Positions 1-16,565 of a stretch of DNA of 64,000 bases are shown piece after piece. Under the pieces are notes generated by a model. It was not told the DNA's origin. It made no database searches and worked only from the letters and a program-made list of their open reading frames with translations. Made by a program: the position numbers and the translations under genes. This DNA comes from the human T2T-CHM13v2.0 reference genome, Homo sapiens. Positions within the stretch are counted from its first letter, which is position 1; each line of letters opens with the position of its first letter. The stretch is from assembly GCF_009914755.1 (NCBI RefSeq), contig NC_060947.1. One strand, given 5' to 3'.

Positions 1-936
1 TCAGAGTATATCAAATTACCAATGTCTTCAAATATTCCATGCTAGAAATACCTGTTTGTAGAATTTCTGTACTGGATCACTTACCTCTTCTTTCTATAGC
101 ATTTTGGCTTCACACCTTTCTCCCATAAATCCAACAGTTCAGTTACACTTTTTTCAAGTATGTTTAAATATTGGATTGAAAATCATGTACCCTGAAACCT
201 CATAAAACTCTGTCACCAAAGAGCATGTCATCAGATTGAGTGGGATACAATACAGACCTGGATTATATAAAAATTATACGAAATTATACACAAGCAATTA
301 AGTCTAAAATACATTTCTTTACTGCTGAATTATAAGCACGGTATTGTGCTAGGTACTGTAAGGGTTGAAAATAAGCTGAATAAACCATAATCTCTGTTTT
401 CAAGGACCATATAGTTCATTGGAGGAAGCAAACATATATATTCACATATTTTTATTACACTATATATTCATATTTCACAATAGAGGTAAAACTGAATTAT
501 ATGGACATATGGAGGAGAGAAGGATTGAATTTTACTAGGGACATCTCAGAAGCATTAAGGGCAGAAAAAGTATTTGAATTGGGCCCTAAATGAATGCAGG
601 AAACGTCAGTAGGTAAAAATGGGCTAGGAGGATAGGGAGGTATTTCAGATAGAGGGGGCATAAAGATGGAAAAGCATGCAATGTTTACAAGTAGCCCAGT
701 GCAACTAGAGTGAGAAGTCAGATCCTGGAAGGCCAAATATATGACTGGGGAGTTTGAACATCATTCTGTATTAGAGGTTTTTGAGTGGTAGAATTTCAAA
801 ATCCTATCTTATATTTGAATGTCTATTGGGCAATCATGATAGACGGGAAGAGACAGAAACCACTTAAGTGATGCTATAATAAGGCTTGAGTTTATTTAAG
901 TAGATACGTTCACTTAATTTTAACAGGTTAGTTAGG

Positions 937-1744
<808 letters not shown>

Positions 1745-4700
1745 AGAAGTCAAATCCAATATCTAGCCTGGTTTATCTTTGTACTAAATTATTGAATATT
1801 TTATTTCTATCATTTCTATACATAATATGGCTTAAAGATTACTGAATTATAAATAAAATCTAGAATTTTCTCCATATTGCTTAGTATAATCTTAACTATT
1901 ATATTGTGAAAGCTTTGTGATCCCTTGCATTTACAGCTTTTAGAGAAATGAAAGATACAGGATTTATATGTAAGAGAGGTCTTAGAAACCTATTTTGAAA
2001 TTAAACATTTTTAATATTTTCTGTTAATCCTTTTTAGGAAAAAAAAATTTGTTTATAAAGTTTTTACTAAAGTTAAAGAACACTAACTTTATGGATTCAC
2101 TGCAGCTTTGATAATGAAAAAACTACTGGAAAAGAATTAAAGAAGTTGCTAATCAGTTCATTAATCAAGTGTATCTGCTGCACATTATACTGAAACAAAT
2201 TGAAAAGGATGCTGTGCTAGCCAGAAACTCCCTCTCAAATAAAGTCAAAAGTGAAGATAAACTAAATTGACTTTTCGTTTGTGGTTGATTTCTATCTAAG
2301 TAGATCCATCTCTAAAACACTGAATAAAGAAAGTTGCCCCATACATAGATTCAAGACTCCACTAGGATTCTGTATCTTAATACTACTGAGAATAACTTGA
2401 ACTATATTTAATCAGTCTGTCTTTAGTTTTTGTTTTTCGTTTTGTTTTCATTTACAACCCACAGACCACTTTCATTTTTAAATGTTAAATATACTTAGAA
2501 AGAAGAAGAAAAAAACAACATCACCTTGCTCACTGCATTAAGACAACTGGTTTTGTAACCCGATCAAAAGAATTAAATAGCTTTCTATATAGCTTACCCT
2601 CCCACAAAATCTTTCAATGCACAAAATATTTGTCAGTGGTCAGAATGATTCCAGTCCATCCCACTCTCTGTGGTGCCTTAACTATAAAAATGGCAGTGAG
2701 GCATTGCAGCTTGAAAAAAATACAGTCAGATTTTCAATTATGATTAGAGTAGATCTCCCAGAGAGGTCTCCACAGAAGGCCCAAGGTTCTCTAAAGGGTA
2801 AAAGGAGTGACAAAATTCTGACATAAAACAATGTAGTCTTTCCTCTCTTTTCTTGATACCGACCTTCAAATATTTTGGGGTTTTTAAAAGCCAAATTCTA
2901 GAAGAAATTGAAGGTTCAAAATTGGAATTCGCTTGAGTTTCATTAGGTTTAAGCCAGATACCAGCCTATGTCATTTTCTAAAAGCAGAATAATTTAGTTT
3001 TAAAGCAATAGTACAAGACGAACAAACAGGTACCTGGCAATCACATTAAGACTCCCTTGGTGTAGACAGATATGTATAACTTCTTTTGACAGGTTATTTT
3101 GTTTATTCATTCATTTAATTTTGGCACTTAATTTTAAAAGAGCTTAGAAATCATAGTCTTTTGATAGATATAATTGGTATGAATCTGAAATCAGTAAACT
3201 AAGATGCATAAGAAATGTAATTTTCTTTATTTTCTTGTAACTGAATTAATTCTATCTTAAGACCCTATTCTACTGGAAGGTACCATGGAAGATAAGAAAA
3301 CAAACCACAAAAAAATACACAAATTTATACTTACTTCACATACTGTCCCCACCATGTTATAAGGATATAATACTCATCCATTAAGACATGAGTTGCATGT
3401 TTACCCCATTATAGATTATTTAGGATTATGCTGAATTTACAAGTGAAGGAAATGAGCAAAGAAATGCCACTGGATAAACAGTGTTTTGCTTTCCAGAAGC
3501 ATTAATTTAAGTGACTGGCCCATGATTATCCATCTGCTCTATCAGTGAAAGATCCCTAAAGACAATGCTTGTCTTCTATCCTTGTCATACTCAGTACACT
3601 GTTCACATTAGCAAGTATTTGCCCAAAATTGCTCAATTTGGGATACAGAATAGAAATATATGTACAGTAGTGAGTCACTGATAGGATCTGAGTGAAAATT
3701 TTTTACATTTTTTTAAGGCTTAGATGAATGGACACAGTTTTCTATTGTTTTGTTTACCTTTGTCTGGTTTCCCTTCCCACCCCCATGCACGTGCTCATGT
3801 GTGTTTAATTAAACAAAGAAGAGTTCCAGGAAGTTGGGAATGTCAAATGGGAACAGACACCTTCGCAGGAGCTGAGAAAATATGCTATATCATTTATCCT
3901 TGTGGAAACATGCAAACCAGATTTGAATAGTTTTTAATTGATTTGCAAACTTTGCAGTAGAATTTTCTGGTAATTAGCAACTTGCTGAGATTAAGTGAAG
4001 TCATAGTTAGCTTCACAGTGGTTTAAATCATATTTCATTGTTTTGCATGTTTTAAAAGTCATGTTGTAAATTAAAAACGCAAAGAAAAAATCACCAACTT
4101 ATTAATAGAGAATTGATCATTATGCAACCAATTAGAAGATATAAATAAATATACAAATCAATCACGTATAAAATGGTAGGTGCTGCAGAATGTTAACACT
4201 GTACAGGCAAGTGCTTGACAAATAATAATGAGCTATAAAGATAGACTAGAAGCAAAACAGTAATGTGGCAGCTTTGTTGGAAATATTTTCTAGAAATGAA
4301 GATGCATGACCTTCCGTACCTTTGTTAATCATCAGTTATAGATAGTTAAAATGTTATATTTACAATAATTCTGTGACTTTTAAAGTAATTGTTTATACAA
4401 CTACATTGAGCTTACTAGTGGCAGTATGTTCATATGTACATGTGTCTCTCTTGAGCTCTCAGGAGAGAGAAAAAATCTGAGGAAGTGCTAGCAAGCATAA
4501 GCAGGGAGATAAGAAAAATAAACTATCTTATAAGTACAATAAAAATCACCCATGCCTCATGGATAACCTAACTTCCCAATTAAACATGACGTTTCCTCCA
4601 AAATATTAAGTGACAAACTAGAATTCTGTTTCGGAAGCCAAGGAAATTAAAGAAAAATAGAGTCAAGGGTTAAGTAGAAGAGAAGAGACTTAATTACATT

Positions 4701-6436
4701 TAGCAAGGGTCCCAATCCACTTAGATACTTACTAGGGTACTCAGCACTTGTTCACTGCAGCATTTGCATTTAGCACTTTTAAAATTGGGATGAAATGAGT
4801 TTTATAGATACTAGAGGAATCATTATGAGATCACAAAGAAGTACTGTGATACCATAACTGAAGCTAGGAGAAGGGAAAGCAAATTCATATCACAGAGGAA
4901 AGCAAACTTCCATCCTCTCAAGTTATCTTTCCAGTCAACATTGCCGCATATCACATATGGTGTGCAAAAGGGGACAGATTAATGAAGTACTCAACAGGAA
5001 GGTATAACAATCCAAAATATGTCCTTTGTGACTCTCTATCCATTTCTGCCATATTCCAAGGAAATGCAGATGTATCTTCATTTCTATGCCATGATATACT
5101 TGGGCTGGGAATGGGGGACAAACCCAGAGTGATTGTTCTCTTTTCCTGTGTTCATAGTGTATATGTGCACACACATGTGAGGGTGAGCCTACACCTGTTC
5201 ATACCCCATGGCAGTCTGACTTCACTGATTACTTTCTAGAATCTTTTTTCCTTTATGTGCCCTGGACAAGAGAGTGGACAGGAAACATGGTAACAAAAAC
5301 AAAGATAAACATCCTTCTATAATTCTAAAGAAGCATTTTTCTGTTTCCTCCTAGGAGAAATAAAAATGTATAATTTAAATTACCAATTAGGATCATGTTG
5401 GGCTTTAAAATTTTTGGGGGGTAAATTGTATGAGGGTTGCAAAAAAGTCATGCAGAGAAAGATACTGAAATCTCCTAATACAACATGTTGAGAAGAAAGT
5501 TAATGATCAGTTTTTCTGGTAGTTTTTGCATATAAGCCTACTTGGAAGCACTGTGTAGGCCTAACTGACGTTAGTGAATCAGCAGAGAGCTGATTTGAAA
5601 TGCATTATCCGATAGGCATGAGATTAAGCAGTTTGATAGGCATCTTAGAGCTGTTTCCATGGCCTTATTAATTTGTAACAGTTGTGTGGTAAGTTATGTC
5701 AACCTCCCAGTCAGAAAGTCTTCAGTAAGTTTTTCAGGCTCCAAGTTGAGGGATGGGTAAGACCCTGGGACAACACCCTAGTGGAGGCTTATAGGAGAGT
5801 TTAAGCATTTCTGAATGCTTAAATTCTGGATGCTACATTCTGGATGCTACAGGCCCAGAATTCCACACTAAAGTATTTGTTTGGAGAACTCAAGTATATT
5901 ATGGGTATCTTATTTGTATTATGTGTAAGTAAATATCAACATAGGTTTGATCATTTAATCCCATATCCTGATTTTGCTCTAAGCGAAGGCAGTTATTTGA
6001 GTGCCAGCTCAGAAAAGGTAATTCACTATTACCTGTTAAGTGTGATGAAACAGGACTTCTCAGCATATCTTTCTTGATGGTATTTTAGGTTCAAAGCTGA
6101 TGGATTAGCTTTTTGCCCTTTCACACATTCTACCTATCAGTGACACCATGGCCAAGGGAGACAATCCAATTCACTTCCCTGACAGAATTGTGGGTGATGG
6201 TTATATCATTACGTATCCTGGAATGCAAGACTCTGCTTGTATTGATCTTAAACATATAAGCTAAACTCAGTAGCAAAAACATAACCGATATATGGTGGGG
6301 AAAACGACAAGGGAGTGTTTTCTAAACCCAAGAAATACTCAATAAATAGGCTAAGACCAAGATGAAAAGTGCAAAGAACCAACAAGACAAGAGTAGAAAG
6401 AATGCGGGGCTCAATAAATGGTATTATTCTCAGAAA

Positions 6437-6900
6437 GTATATTCCATTATCTGTTGTTGTAGAACAAACTACCCAAAACTTAATGGCTTAAAATCATTGT
6501 TCACGATTCTGCAATCTGGGCTGGCTTCAGCCTGGCAGTTCCTGCCACTAGTCTCATCTGAAGTCACTCACAAAACTGCAGCCCATTGGTCCAGGGTAGT
6601 CCCATTCATATGTTTGGTGGTTAGTTGGCAATGTCAGCCCAGCATTTCAAATTTCATGGCTTCTCCAGAAGGGAGCTCAGGCTTCTTACATGGCGCATGT
6701 AATGTTCCAAGAAGTCAAGAATGGAGACTACACAGTCTCTTGAGTCCTAGGTCAGAAGTCACACATCATTACTTGTACTGCATTCTGTTGGTCAAAGGAG
6801 TTCACAAGGCCAGCCCAGGTTAAAGGGGTAATGAAATGGATTCCACCTCTACATGGAAGAAGGTGCACATAGTATGTGTCCATATTTAAAATGTCACAGA
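6437..6900 (-). mobile_element. Old MLT1-family LTR
   Basis: acaaactacccaaaacttaatggcttaaaa and gaagtcacacatcattacttgtactgcattctgttggtcaaag motifs; accounts for the 153-aa ORF. Confidence 0.7.
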
Positions 6901-6948
6901 ATTTACAGGAATATGAAAATAATCATGGCAAATGTGGTGCATTCTTAG

Positions 6949-7330
<382 letters not shown>

Positions 7331-8435
7331 TAAAATGTCTCTACATATTTTGACTCTCTTAAAAGTTAATAATAATGAGAAATATTTACATTGTATTCAT
7401 TCAATAAACAAGTACTATGATTTCTCTATCGCGCTCAGATCTATCAGAAACCTTAAATGTAAATAGATCGTTTGATGCTTTATTATAATAATTGTTAAAC
7501 ATTCTTCCTAAGTGCATTATTGACCATTGATAGAAAAGAAATTGCTTCATGTTATACTTATTCATCAAAAGCACAAGAAGTGCCCTTCCCTGTCAAACTC
7601 CTTCAATTGTCACCCCAGCACTTCACTAGAGATACAAATAATAGCACATGAAATTGTAGCTGGAAGGGAAGGGGAAGACTGGTAAGGCTTATTTAAATTG
7701 CATTCCAAGCATAGAAAACATATCTTCTTTCCAAAAAATGAAAGCTAGTACAATATTAAATCAGTAATATACATACTTAAAGGCATATTATTTTATGTGA
7801 TATGTTAACCATGACATAGAGTATCTCAAACCAAAGTGATTCAATTGTCATTACCATCAACAAAATGAAACTTATAAGTGGATTGTTAGCAGCCTCTTTT
7901 TAGTTTGTTGTAGAGTGTTCCTCTAAAGAGAGGAGAGGCCAGAAATCATCTCAGTACACAGACACAGTGTTGCTGCATCTCCATTTTTCCACACCGATTT
8001 TAGTCTTGATATTACTTCCCTGTGGAGGCTGTCTGAAAGCTAAAAGCCTATACAGAAGTAACTTAGGCCAGGTCATTTTTACTTACTAAAAGTCAGTTTT
8101 CCTATAACATGTACCACAAGATGTTACTTTAACAGTTTTGGTTCAAGGGTCACCAGACTGTACAGACTACCAGAGCTTCAGCAGTGGCATTCTTTCAGGT
8201 GGCACTCTATAAGTTGTCTGAATCATTGGGTTAACATTCTCTTCATGTTTTCATCTTAGAAAGGCAAGTTAACGTATTTTTAAAGAGGTTTAAGAAGGCT
8301 TAAGAAAAAGTAAACTTTTTTTAATGCATTGAAAAAATAATTTTACAATTTATTCAATTCCCAGAGTTTTTATTACAGACCTACTATGTACACAAGCATG
8401 GTGTACCCGGCAGCTGTGAGAATAGCAAAGACACA

Positions 8436-8488
8436 GCCTCAGCCTCCCAAAGTGCTGGGATTACAGGTGTGAGCCACCGCACTGGGCC
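8436..8488 (-). mobile_element. Alu 5'-end fragment (53 bp)
   Basis: gcctcagcctcccaaagtgctgggattacaggtgtgagccaccgc only. Confidence 0.85.
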
Positions 8489-8980
8489 CCAGTAGATCTT
8501 TTCTGTGTATATTTTCCCCTACTCCTCTCATCTACCCTTTACTCCATCCTAAGTGAATGATGCCCTTTTCTCTGACTATATCTTACCTTTCCTACCTCTA
8601 TGTCTTTGTTGATCACTTTCACCCTAGCCACTCTTCAAGGCTCGTTTCAAACACAGATTTCTTCATGAAGACTTTTCTCCTGAATACACACACTGCTACC
8701 TCAAATCCAAAGCTATTTCTCCTTGTTTATCTCCCATTGCACCTTAATTCCTCTTTGGGCTAGAGTTGTCTCTGTATCTTGTCTCCACCATCCACCAAAT
8801 TTTAAGACCTGAAAGTAGAGACATCATTTTGTTCTATCTCCTAACATACTTTGCAGTTAATAAGAGGCAAAATAACTGTTTAGTTGAATTAAAAATGAAT
8901 GTGAGGAAATATTGTGGCCATCTGCTAAAATGCATAGGTAACAATGTTGGAAAAGAAGTGGCTCTTTTTTAAGTTTGATG

Positions 8981-8983
8981 AAA

Positions 8984-9014
<31 letters not shown>
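8981..9014. repeat. (A)n(TA)n microsatellite
   Basis: Read directly from the sequence. Confidence 0.9.
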
Positions 9015-10000
9015 TTCTTAAAAAATTAATCACTTGTCCAAGATTTAACAGCTAAACTAACATTTACTGTATGTTCATTATTCTGCATAATATGTTTCTC
9101 ATATATGTAAAAGCACATTATTTAGTCAAAACTATCATATTAAATTTCTCCCGTAATTCCTAAGGGCTGTCAGCTGCTCATTAAATCTTGATTTTCTGTC
9201 AGGAGGAATTAATAATCTTGCCTTTGAGTGAATTTAGAAGCAATGAGGGATTGAGCAGGAATATTTGAATACCCTCTCGGTGGTAAATTGGATATCCAAT
9301 TTTCAACTTAGTCTTAATGGGAAAAAAAGAATAAATTGAATTCAGAAGCTGTTCTTTACTTTTTAATATTTCCTCCCCACTTTTAACTGAGTTAAAATGG
9401 AAGGGTATAGTTCTTTCTCAGTGGTGGGGAAAATCAACTTTCATTCACTTAGAAAAGTTTGTCAAATTCGAATGAGACTTAATATATGGACAATCTATAT
9501 GACTAAGTCTATAAGGTGATCCTTTGGAAATCATAGGAAAATTCAGTACAATAACACAAAAATTGATTTGCATGAGGTTTAAATCGTGTTTTTCTAAAAG
9601 CAAGGAATCCTGCTCCTCCCTCTCCCCAAATGAATTTTGTTGTCAAATACTGGTACTAACAATTATTGATATCACAACTCAGTCTCTAAAAGCAAACTGT
9701 CCTATTATTACCAGAGAGGTGCTAACTCACATTAACCTAATAATATATAGCTCTTAATTTTCAGTTTTCATCTTTCATCATTTTTTAGCTACTCATGTCT
9801 TAGATTTAAAGTCCCTTAAAATTATAAAAGGTTGAGAGACTGATAAACAGGCATAAAACCTTGTAGATTTTTTTCCCCTCCACTCTTTTTTTCTAACTAA
9901 GCTACACAGTACCATCACGTACCATCCATCAGTACATTTAGCTGTCATGACGCTGCCAATAGAAGTTGTCCATCCACTAGGCAGTATAAAATTACAATCA

Positions 10001-10375
<375 letters not shown>

Positions 10376-11199
10376 TCATGTGTGTCACTCACTTGCACTT
10401 ATTTTCAAATACCAGGCAGCAGTTTGCTTGAAGTTAACTATCTGTTTTATCATGCAACTTAAGAAGAAGTTGTAACACATGCAACTCCAAATTATTCTTA
10501 TTCATAACTCTGTTCTATAGTAAGCATTTGAATATGGATGCAGCTCATGTGATGAGCATCATTCTACTTGACATGAAGGAATGAGATCCAACTGCGAGGA
10601 CCCCAGTCAGAAAGAGCTGAAGGCCCATTGATGCCTCACCTTTTCTCCCTGCTTCCCCCACTCTTGCTAGGGATCATTGGCACCACCACTCAGACTGATG
10701 GTAAAACAAGAAATTGTCTTCTGTCTAGCTCAGACACATCACTTGTCCAACTCAACCCCTGCTTTGGGTACAGGAAGTTTTAATCTGGTTAAGTTGAATA
10801 GAGTTTGTCTTCTAGCTTTTGCTGTGCTAAAGCAAGAGAAGTACAAATGTCAACAAGCAGAATAAGAAGAGTATAACAAGAAATGGTAAGAAGTCAAGGC
10901 CAAAATCTAGATACTGACCTGTGGATAATTGAGAGGTGTCAGCAACTCTCTTCTAACATCAAACAGACATAATAAAAACCTAACAAAAGATGTTGAAGTC
11001 TGACCAGCATACCTCTTACTTTGCATAGGTGCTGTTTGGATTTCTATGCAAGCCTGTGCTTAAAATCAGCCTTCAGATTGAATGTTGATAACCTTTCCTT
11101 TTTTACATGCCTCATTTCAGTTTATGGCATTCCAACCTTTTCTCCCTCGTGACGAACACTTTTTTGTATCAATGTGAGGCAAGCTCTGTCAATTCATCT

Positions 11200-11355
11200 A
11201 ATCCTCAAAGAATTTTTGCAGAATAAGTATGATTATCCCCATTTTATAGATGAAGAAATCAAGGCCCAGAGAAGTTCAATTAGTTGCCTAAGGCCATACA
11301 TCTGGCAAATGATAGAGTTAGGAGTTGATCCCAGATCTGCCTGATTCTGAACCCT
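11200..11355 (-). mobile_element. MIR
   Basis: Core attatccccattttatagatgaagaaatcaaggcccagagaagtt. Confidence 0.8.
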
Positions 11356-12789
11356 TTGTTTGATCTTTGTGTTGTTCCATATCATTTCCCTATTTAAGAA
11401 ACTCATTTATATTTGCACTCCATAAATATCAAGCCTGTCGGGACTAAGTTGTAATGAGTTCAGCATCAATTCCTGTTTACTGGTCTGGGCTAAACAGTGC
11501 TGATAGTAATGCTCATGTGACCACTGGGAAAGGTCCAAGTTCATGCTCTAATATCTGACAACAGAAACTACTCCCTTCTAGAGAAAAGAGCAGACCTGAG
11601 GATACCTTGTGCAATCCAAAGTCAAATTCCCTATTCATTCATTCATTCTTATTTTGTGTGTGTCTCTCTCTTTCTCTCTCTTGTGCACCTATGCACACAC
11701 AATTTTTGGTCGATGCACAATTTTAAGGTCATTTTTAATCTAAAGAATTTGTTCCCCTCTTCTTTCCTGATTACATGGCCATACAGCCTGCCCCAAACAG
11801 TATGACTCACTCTCCATGACTCTTCTGCGGCTCTTTGTTGTGAGTTTTCATTTTGTGCCTCATTTCTGAATATGCTCTAAAGAGCAGGGATGGCCTTTGG
11901 CTAGAAAGAATGGCATGTCAGGAGGGTTCCACAAGCCATGTTGCTTTTCTGAATCATGAAAAGGCATCAGCACTCAGTGACATGGCCCAGTTTTCTAATC
12001 TAATTTAATTGAATGTACAATGATGTGGGCACTGGAGATTAAATACAACCCCACTTCTCTGCAAAGTTCACATTGCCTTTAAAGCAATGTAATATTTTTT
12101 TCATTTCTTATGAATGGTTCTGTGTATGTGTCATGTATACTTTTACTTGTATTCTCTGTGCAAAGTGATACCTTAAAAATTATCTGTAAAAAGTCTAATA
12201 TAACTTGGTCTTCTGGAATATGGCCTGATTTAATTAATTGACCAATATTACTTTAAACCATTATATTGCAGTGAAAGTTTTTTCTTGTCACAGTAGGAAC
12301 TAGAGACGTGTCCTAACAAAGTACTAACTTATTTGCAACTGATATAAAGTGAATTAATATATTTGTTACTTTTAAAAGAGAGTGTATTTTGGAATTTTGC
12401 AGTTATTTGTATATTAAGGCCCACATTAAGGGCCTGCCCATTTATAAAATGACGGGTAATTTTCCCAAGTGCTGATAAAATATTTTATCATCTAAATTTG
12501 AAAAGAAAAAGAAACTAATTTTAAAACATTTCTAATTTATAACATTTTGTGACTAACTTACTTTTTATTTAATTTATTTCCTTTCATTCCCCTCACTGTG
12601 ATCCAATTTGTAGACAGGCAGGCTTGCTAAATAGCTTCAGCATTTGGGTTTGATTTACTGTGAAGTAGATCTTAGAAATTAAAGTTTCAGGTTGAAATTT
12701 GCCTTTCAGATCTCCTTGCCTAAATATACATGTAAATTTGGGAGTAATCTAACATGTGCATAAACACATTCAAACTATTTTATAGCTTT

Positions 12790-13220
12790 AAAAAAATTAT
12801 ATTGAAATAATTTTAGACCTACAGAAAAGTTACAAGGTTAGTCCAGATTTTGATACCCCCTTCACCCAGATTCCCCAAATATTAATGTTTTACTGCATTT
12901 CCTTTATTAATCTTTTTTCTAGAAACACATACACACATTATTTTTTTCTGAATGTTTCAGAATAAATTGCAACATGATGCCCCTTCACCCCTGAATACTT
13001 AAGTGTGTATTTCTTCAAAATAAGAACATTCTTTTGTATAATAGTACATTTATCAACATTGGTAAATCAACATTGATAAATTACCACTTAATCTATAGAC
13101 TTTATTTAAATTTTATCAGTTCTCCCACTAATATTCTCTATAGTAAGAGAAAAAAAATCCCAGCCCACATGTTGCATTTAGTTATCATGGCTCTTCAACC
13201 TCCTTTAATCTGGAACAGTT
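12790..13220 (-). mobile_element. Ancient L1M 3' region fragment
   Basis: attgaaataattttagacctacagaaaagttacaa...ccccttcacccagattcccc resembles L1MC/ME-type sequence; subfamily and strand approximate. Confidence 0.55.
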
Positions 13221-13469
13221 CCCCTGCCAAAAATGCATATCCTGAATCTAATCATGAGGAAACATCAAGCAAATCCGCATTCTACAAGATAATTTACCTG
13301 TACTCTTTAAAAATATTATAGTTTTTAGAGCTATAGTACATCTCCAAGTAAGCACATAGGCATATCTACATTTTTAGTTTTCTCTAAGAAAGAGCAACAA
13401 TTCAAAATAATCCCCAAGTATGTTTTAAAATAAAGGCTTCTTTTTGAAAGTCAAAGACAAATGCTCTTA

Positions 13470-13829
<360 letters not shown>

Positions 13830-14620
13830 ATAAAATATGTATTATATAAGTTAGGGACAATCTGGTCTTTCATATATAGACTTCAGACAATTGGTTGTTC
13901 ATTCTGGAGTTGAGCACTATTTCTCTCATGGGCTCTTAAGCTAAGAACATTTAGCTACATGTCGGGTATGTTTCTTACATTCTGCCTCATGACCATCTCC
14001 CACTGCCATGCATATGACAAAGACACTTAACTCTGAGCCCCAAATCTAGAGGAGAGATCTAAATGTCACGTGAAGTTCTTAAAAACCTTTCTTCTGAGGA
14101 GTTAACAAGGGATATTAGGAAGATTCCTCTGCCCAAAAGACCTCCCAAATAACCTCTGCCAACTCAGGCTGCATTAAGTTAAACCAGATCTGTCTGTAAA
14201 ATAGAAATGAGAATAGCTAATAATATCAATATTTCATACCTTTATTTTAACTACTCTTCTCTGGCTACTTTGTGGGTTGTGAGGGAATGGAACATTTTAC
14301 TGAGGAGCCAGGTGAATGAAAGAAGACATGCAGAGCAAGAGGTCTTTGGTGAGAGGGCCTGTTTGAGCCCCTACTCAAGGGAATTAGGAGTAGCATGAGG
14401 GCCCTGTATATCCACAGAGGACATTCATTTTTAATTTCCTCTAAGAAAGAGGAACAATTAAAAATAATGCTTAAGTATGTTTTTAAAAAGACTTTTTTTT
14501 TTTTGAAAGTCAAAGAGAAACGTTGTTAGCCTAAATTTTTATGTAAACATAGAAGGTGATTTTAAAAAGCCATTAAGGAGGCAGGGGAGAGGTATGAAAA
14601 AATAGATTGAAGGCCACCTA

Positions 14621-15105
<485 letters not shown>

Positions 15106-16232
15106 CTATTATGATTCAGTAAAGCAGGAATGTTATAATTGGTTGTTTTCTCCTTTTTTCCTCTGTAATACTATTTTTAGGAGGATCTAGGTAGATATCT
15201 CACTCTGATTATTCCCGAAGTATGAAGTCTCCCATACTGGCTATTTACATATAACTTAATTCATAAGACTTTTAAGAAATCTCTTTTTGCCTTCTCCTTA
15301 TTCTCCAGACTGGCATTGTGAAGATGAGAGCCAACAAATTATACCTCAAAGTCTGGAAAATTAGTCAACTGTTCCACAGTTGTGCATGAAACATTTCTGA
15401 CTTTGTGATTTGTGAAAGTAGCACTGACTCAGCTAAGGATCATGGAAAGAGCATAGACTTAGATCAGAAGACTCATTCTAGCTGGTAACTGTGTGATCGT
15501 GATCTGATCACTAAGACTCTGCGAGCCTTAGGAGTCTCCCCTTGCATGAAATGAAGTTGGTGAACTAGATGATCTTCGCATTATCTCCTAAGTTGTAAAC
15601 TCAATGATTTTGAGTATAGGAATTAACAAAGCCACTTAAGGGGAAAAAAGTTCCCTTCATTTCTTGATGAAATACTTATTGAGCTATGTACCATATTCCA
15701 TAGAAAGGAAAAACTAGATATCTTAACCCTACTAAGTTGTTTAGTGAAAAGAACATGAAAAGTTCAGATGAAAAGTCAAGAAGTCAACATAGGAAAAAAC
15801 AGATAAACTAATAAACTGAATAAGTAAGTAATACAGCTTCAATTAAGTACTGGACTTCCAAATGGATGGAATCATACCTTTCAGGGCTAAATTGTATTTG
15901 AGAATACCTACTCTGAGGAATAGGTTTTTATGCTCTGGAATCAACACCTCAAAATTCAACATTTAATTCATTTCACTCTTCACTCATTACTCTTTTGTTT
16001 TTGAATATACACATTTTTCTTTTTTTTTTTTTTCCTTTTTTTACTATAAGATAAACCAAAAATAAATGGCTAGGTAGATGGCTGGAGTTTGCTTGTTTGT
16101 TTTAATGATAGTATAACTGCATATAGAAAAGCAATATATGTGTTCCTATATGAACAACCCAAAAGAAAAATAACTTTTAAGTCATAGAACTTTGAAGGTC
16201 TGCAAATAGTTGTTGACTTAGTTATTACTACG

Positions 16233-16565
16233 TGTATTAGTTTGCTAGGGCAGTTACAATAAATGCCATAGACTTGGTGGCTTAAGCTGGATAAATTAAT
16301 TTCCTCAAAATTCTGGAGGCTAGAAGTCCAAAATCAAAGAGTCAGCAGGTTTGGTTTCTTCTGAGCCCTCTGTCCTTGGCCCTTCTCACTGTGCCCTAAT
16401 GTGACTATCCCTCTGTCTCTATGCTCTGTGTACTAAGGACACCAGTCAGATTTAACTTAATTACTACTTTAAAGGCCCTATCTGTAAATACTGTTATATT
16501 CTGAGGTACTGCAGGTTAGGACTTCAACATATGTATTTGGGGAAGACACAGTTCAGCCCATAATA
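16233..16565 (-). mobile_element. MLT1A-like MaLR LTR
   Basis: tgtattagtttgctagggc...ttctggaggctagaagtccaaaatcaa...acagttcagcccataa. Confidence 0.8.

Noticed and set aside
5824-5851. 14-bp tandem duplication ttctggatgctaca
   Set aside because: Real, but a commonplace slippage event.
6362-6823. 153-aa ORF
   Set aside because: Lies almost wholly within an MLT1 LTR; no recognisable domain or splice structure.
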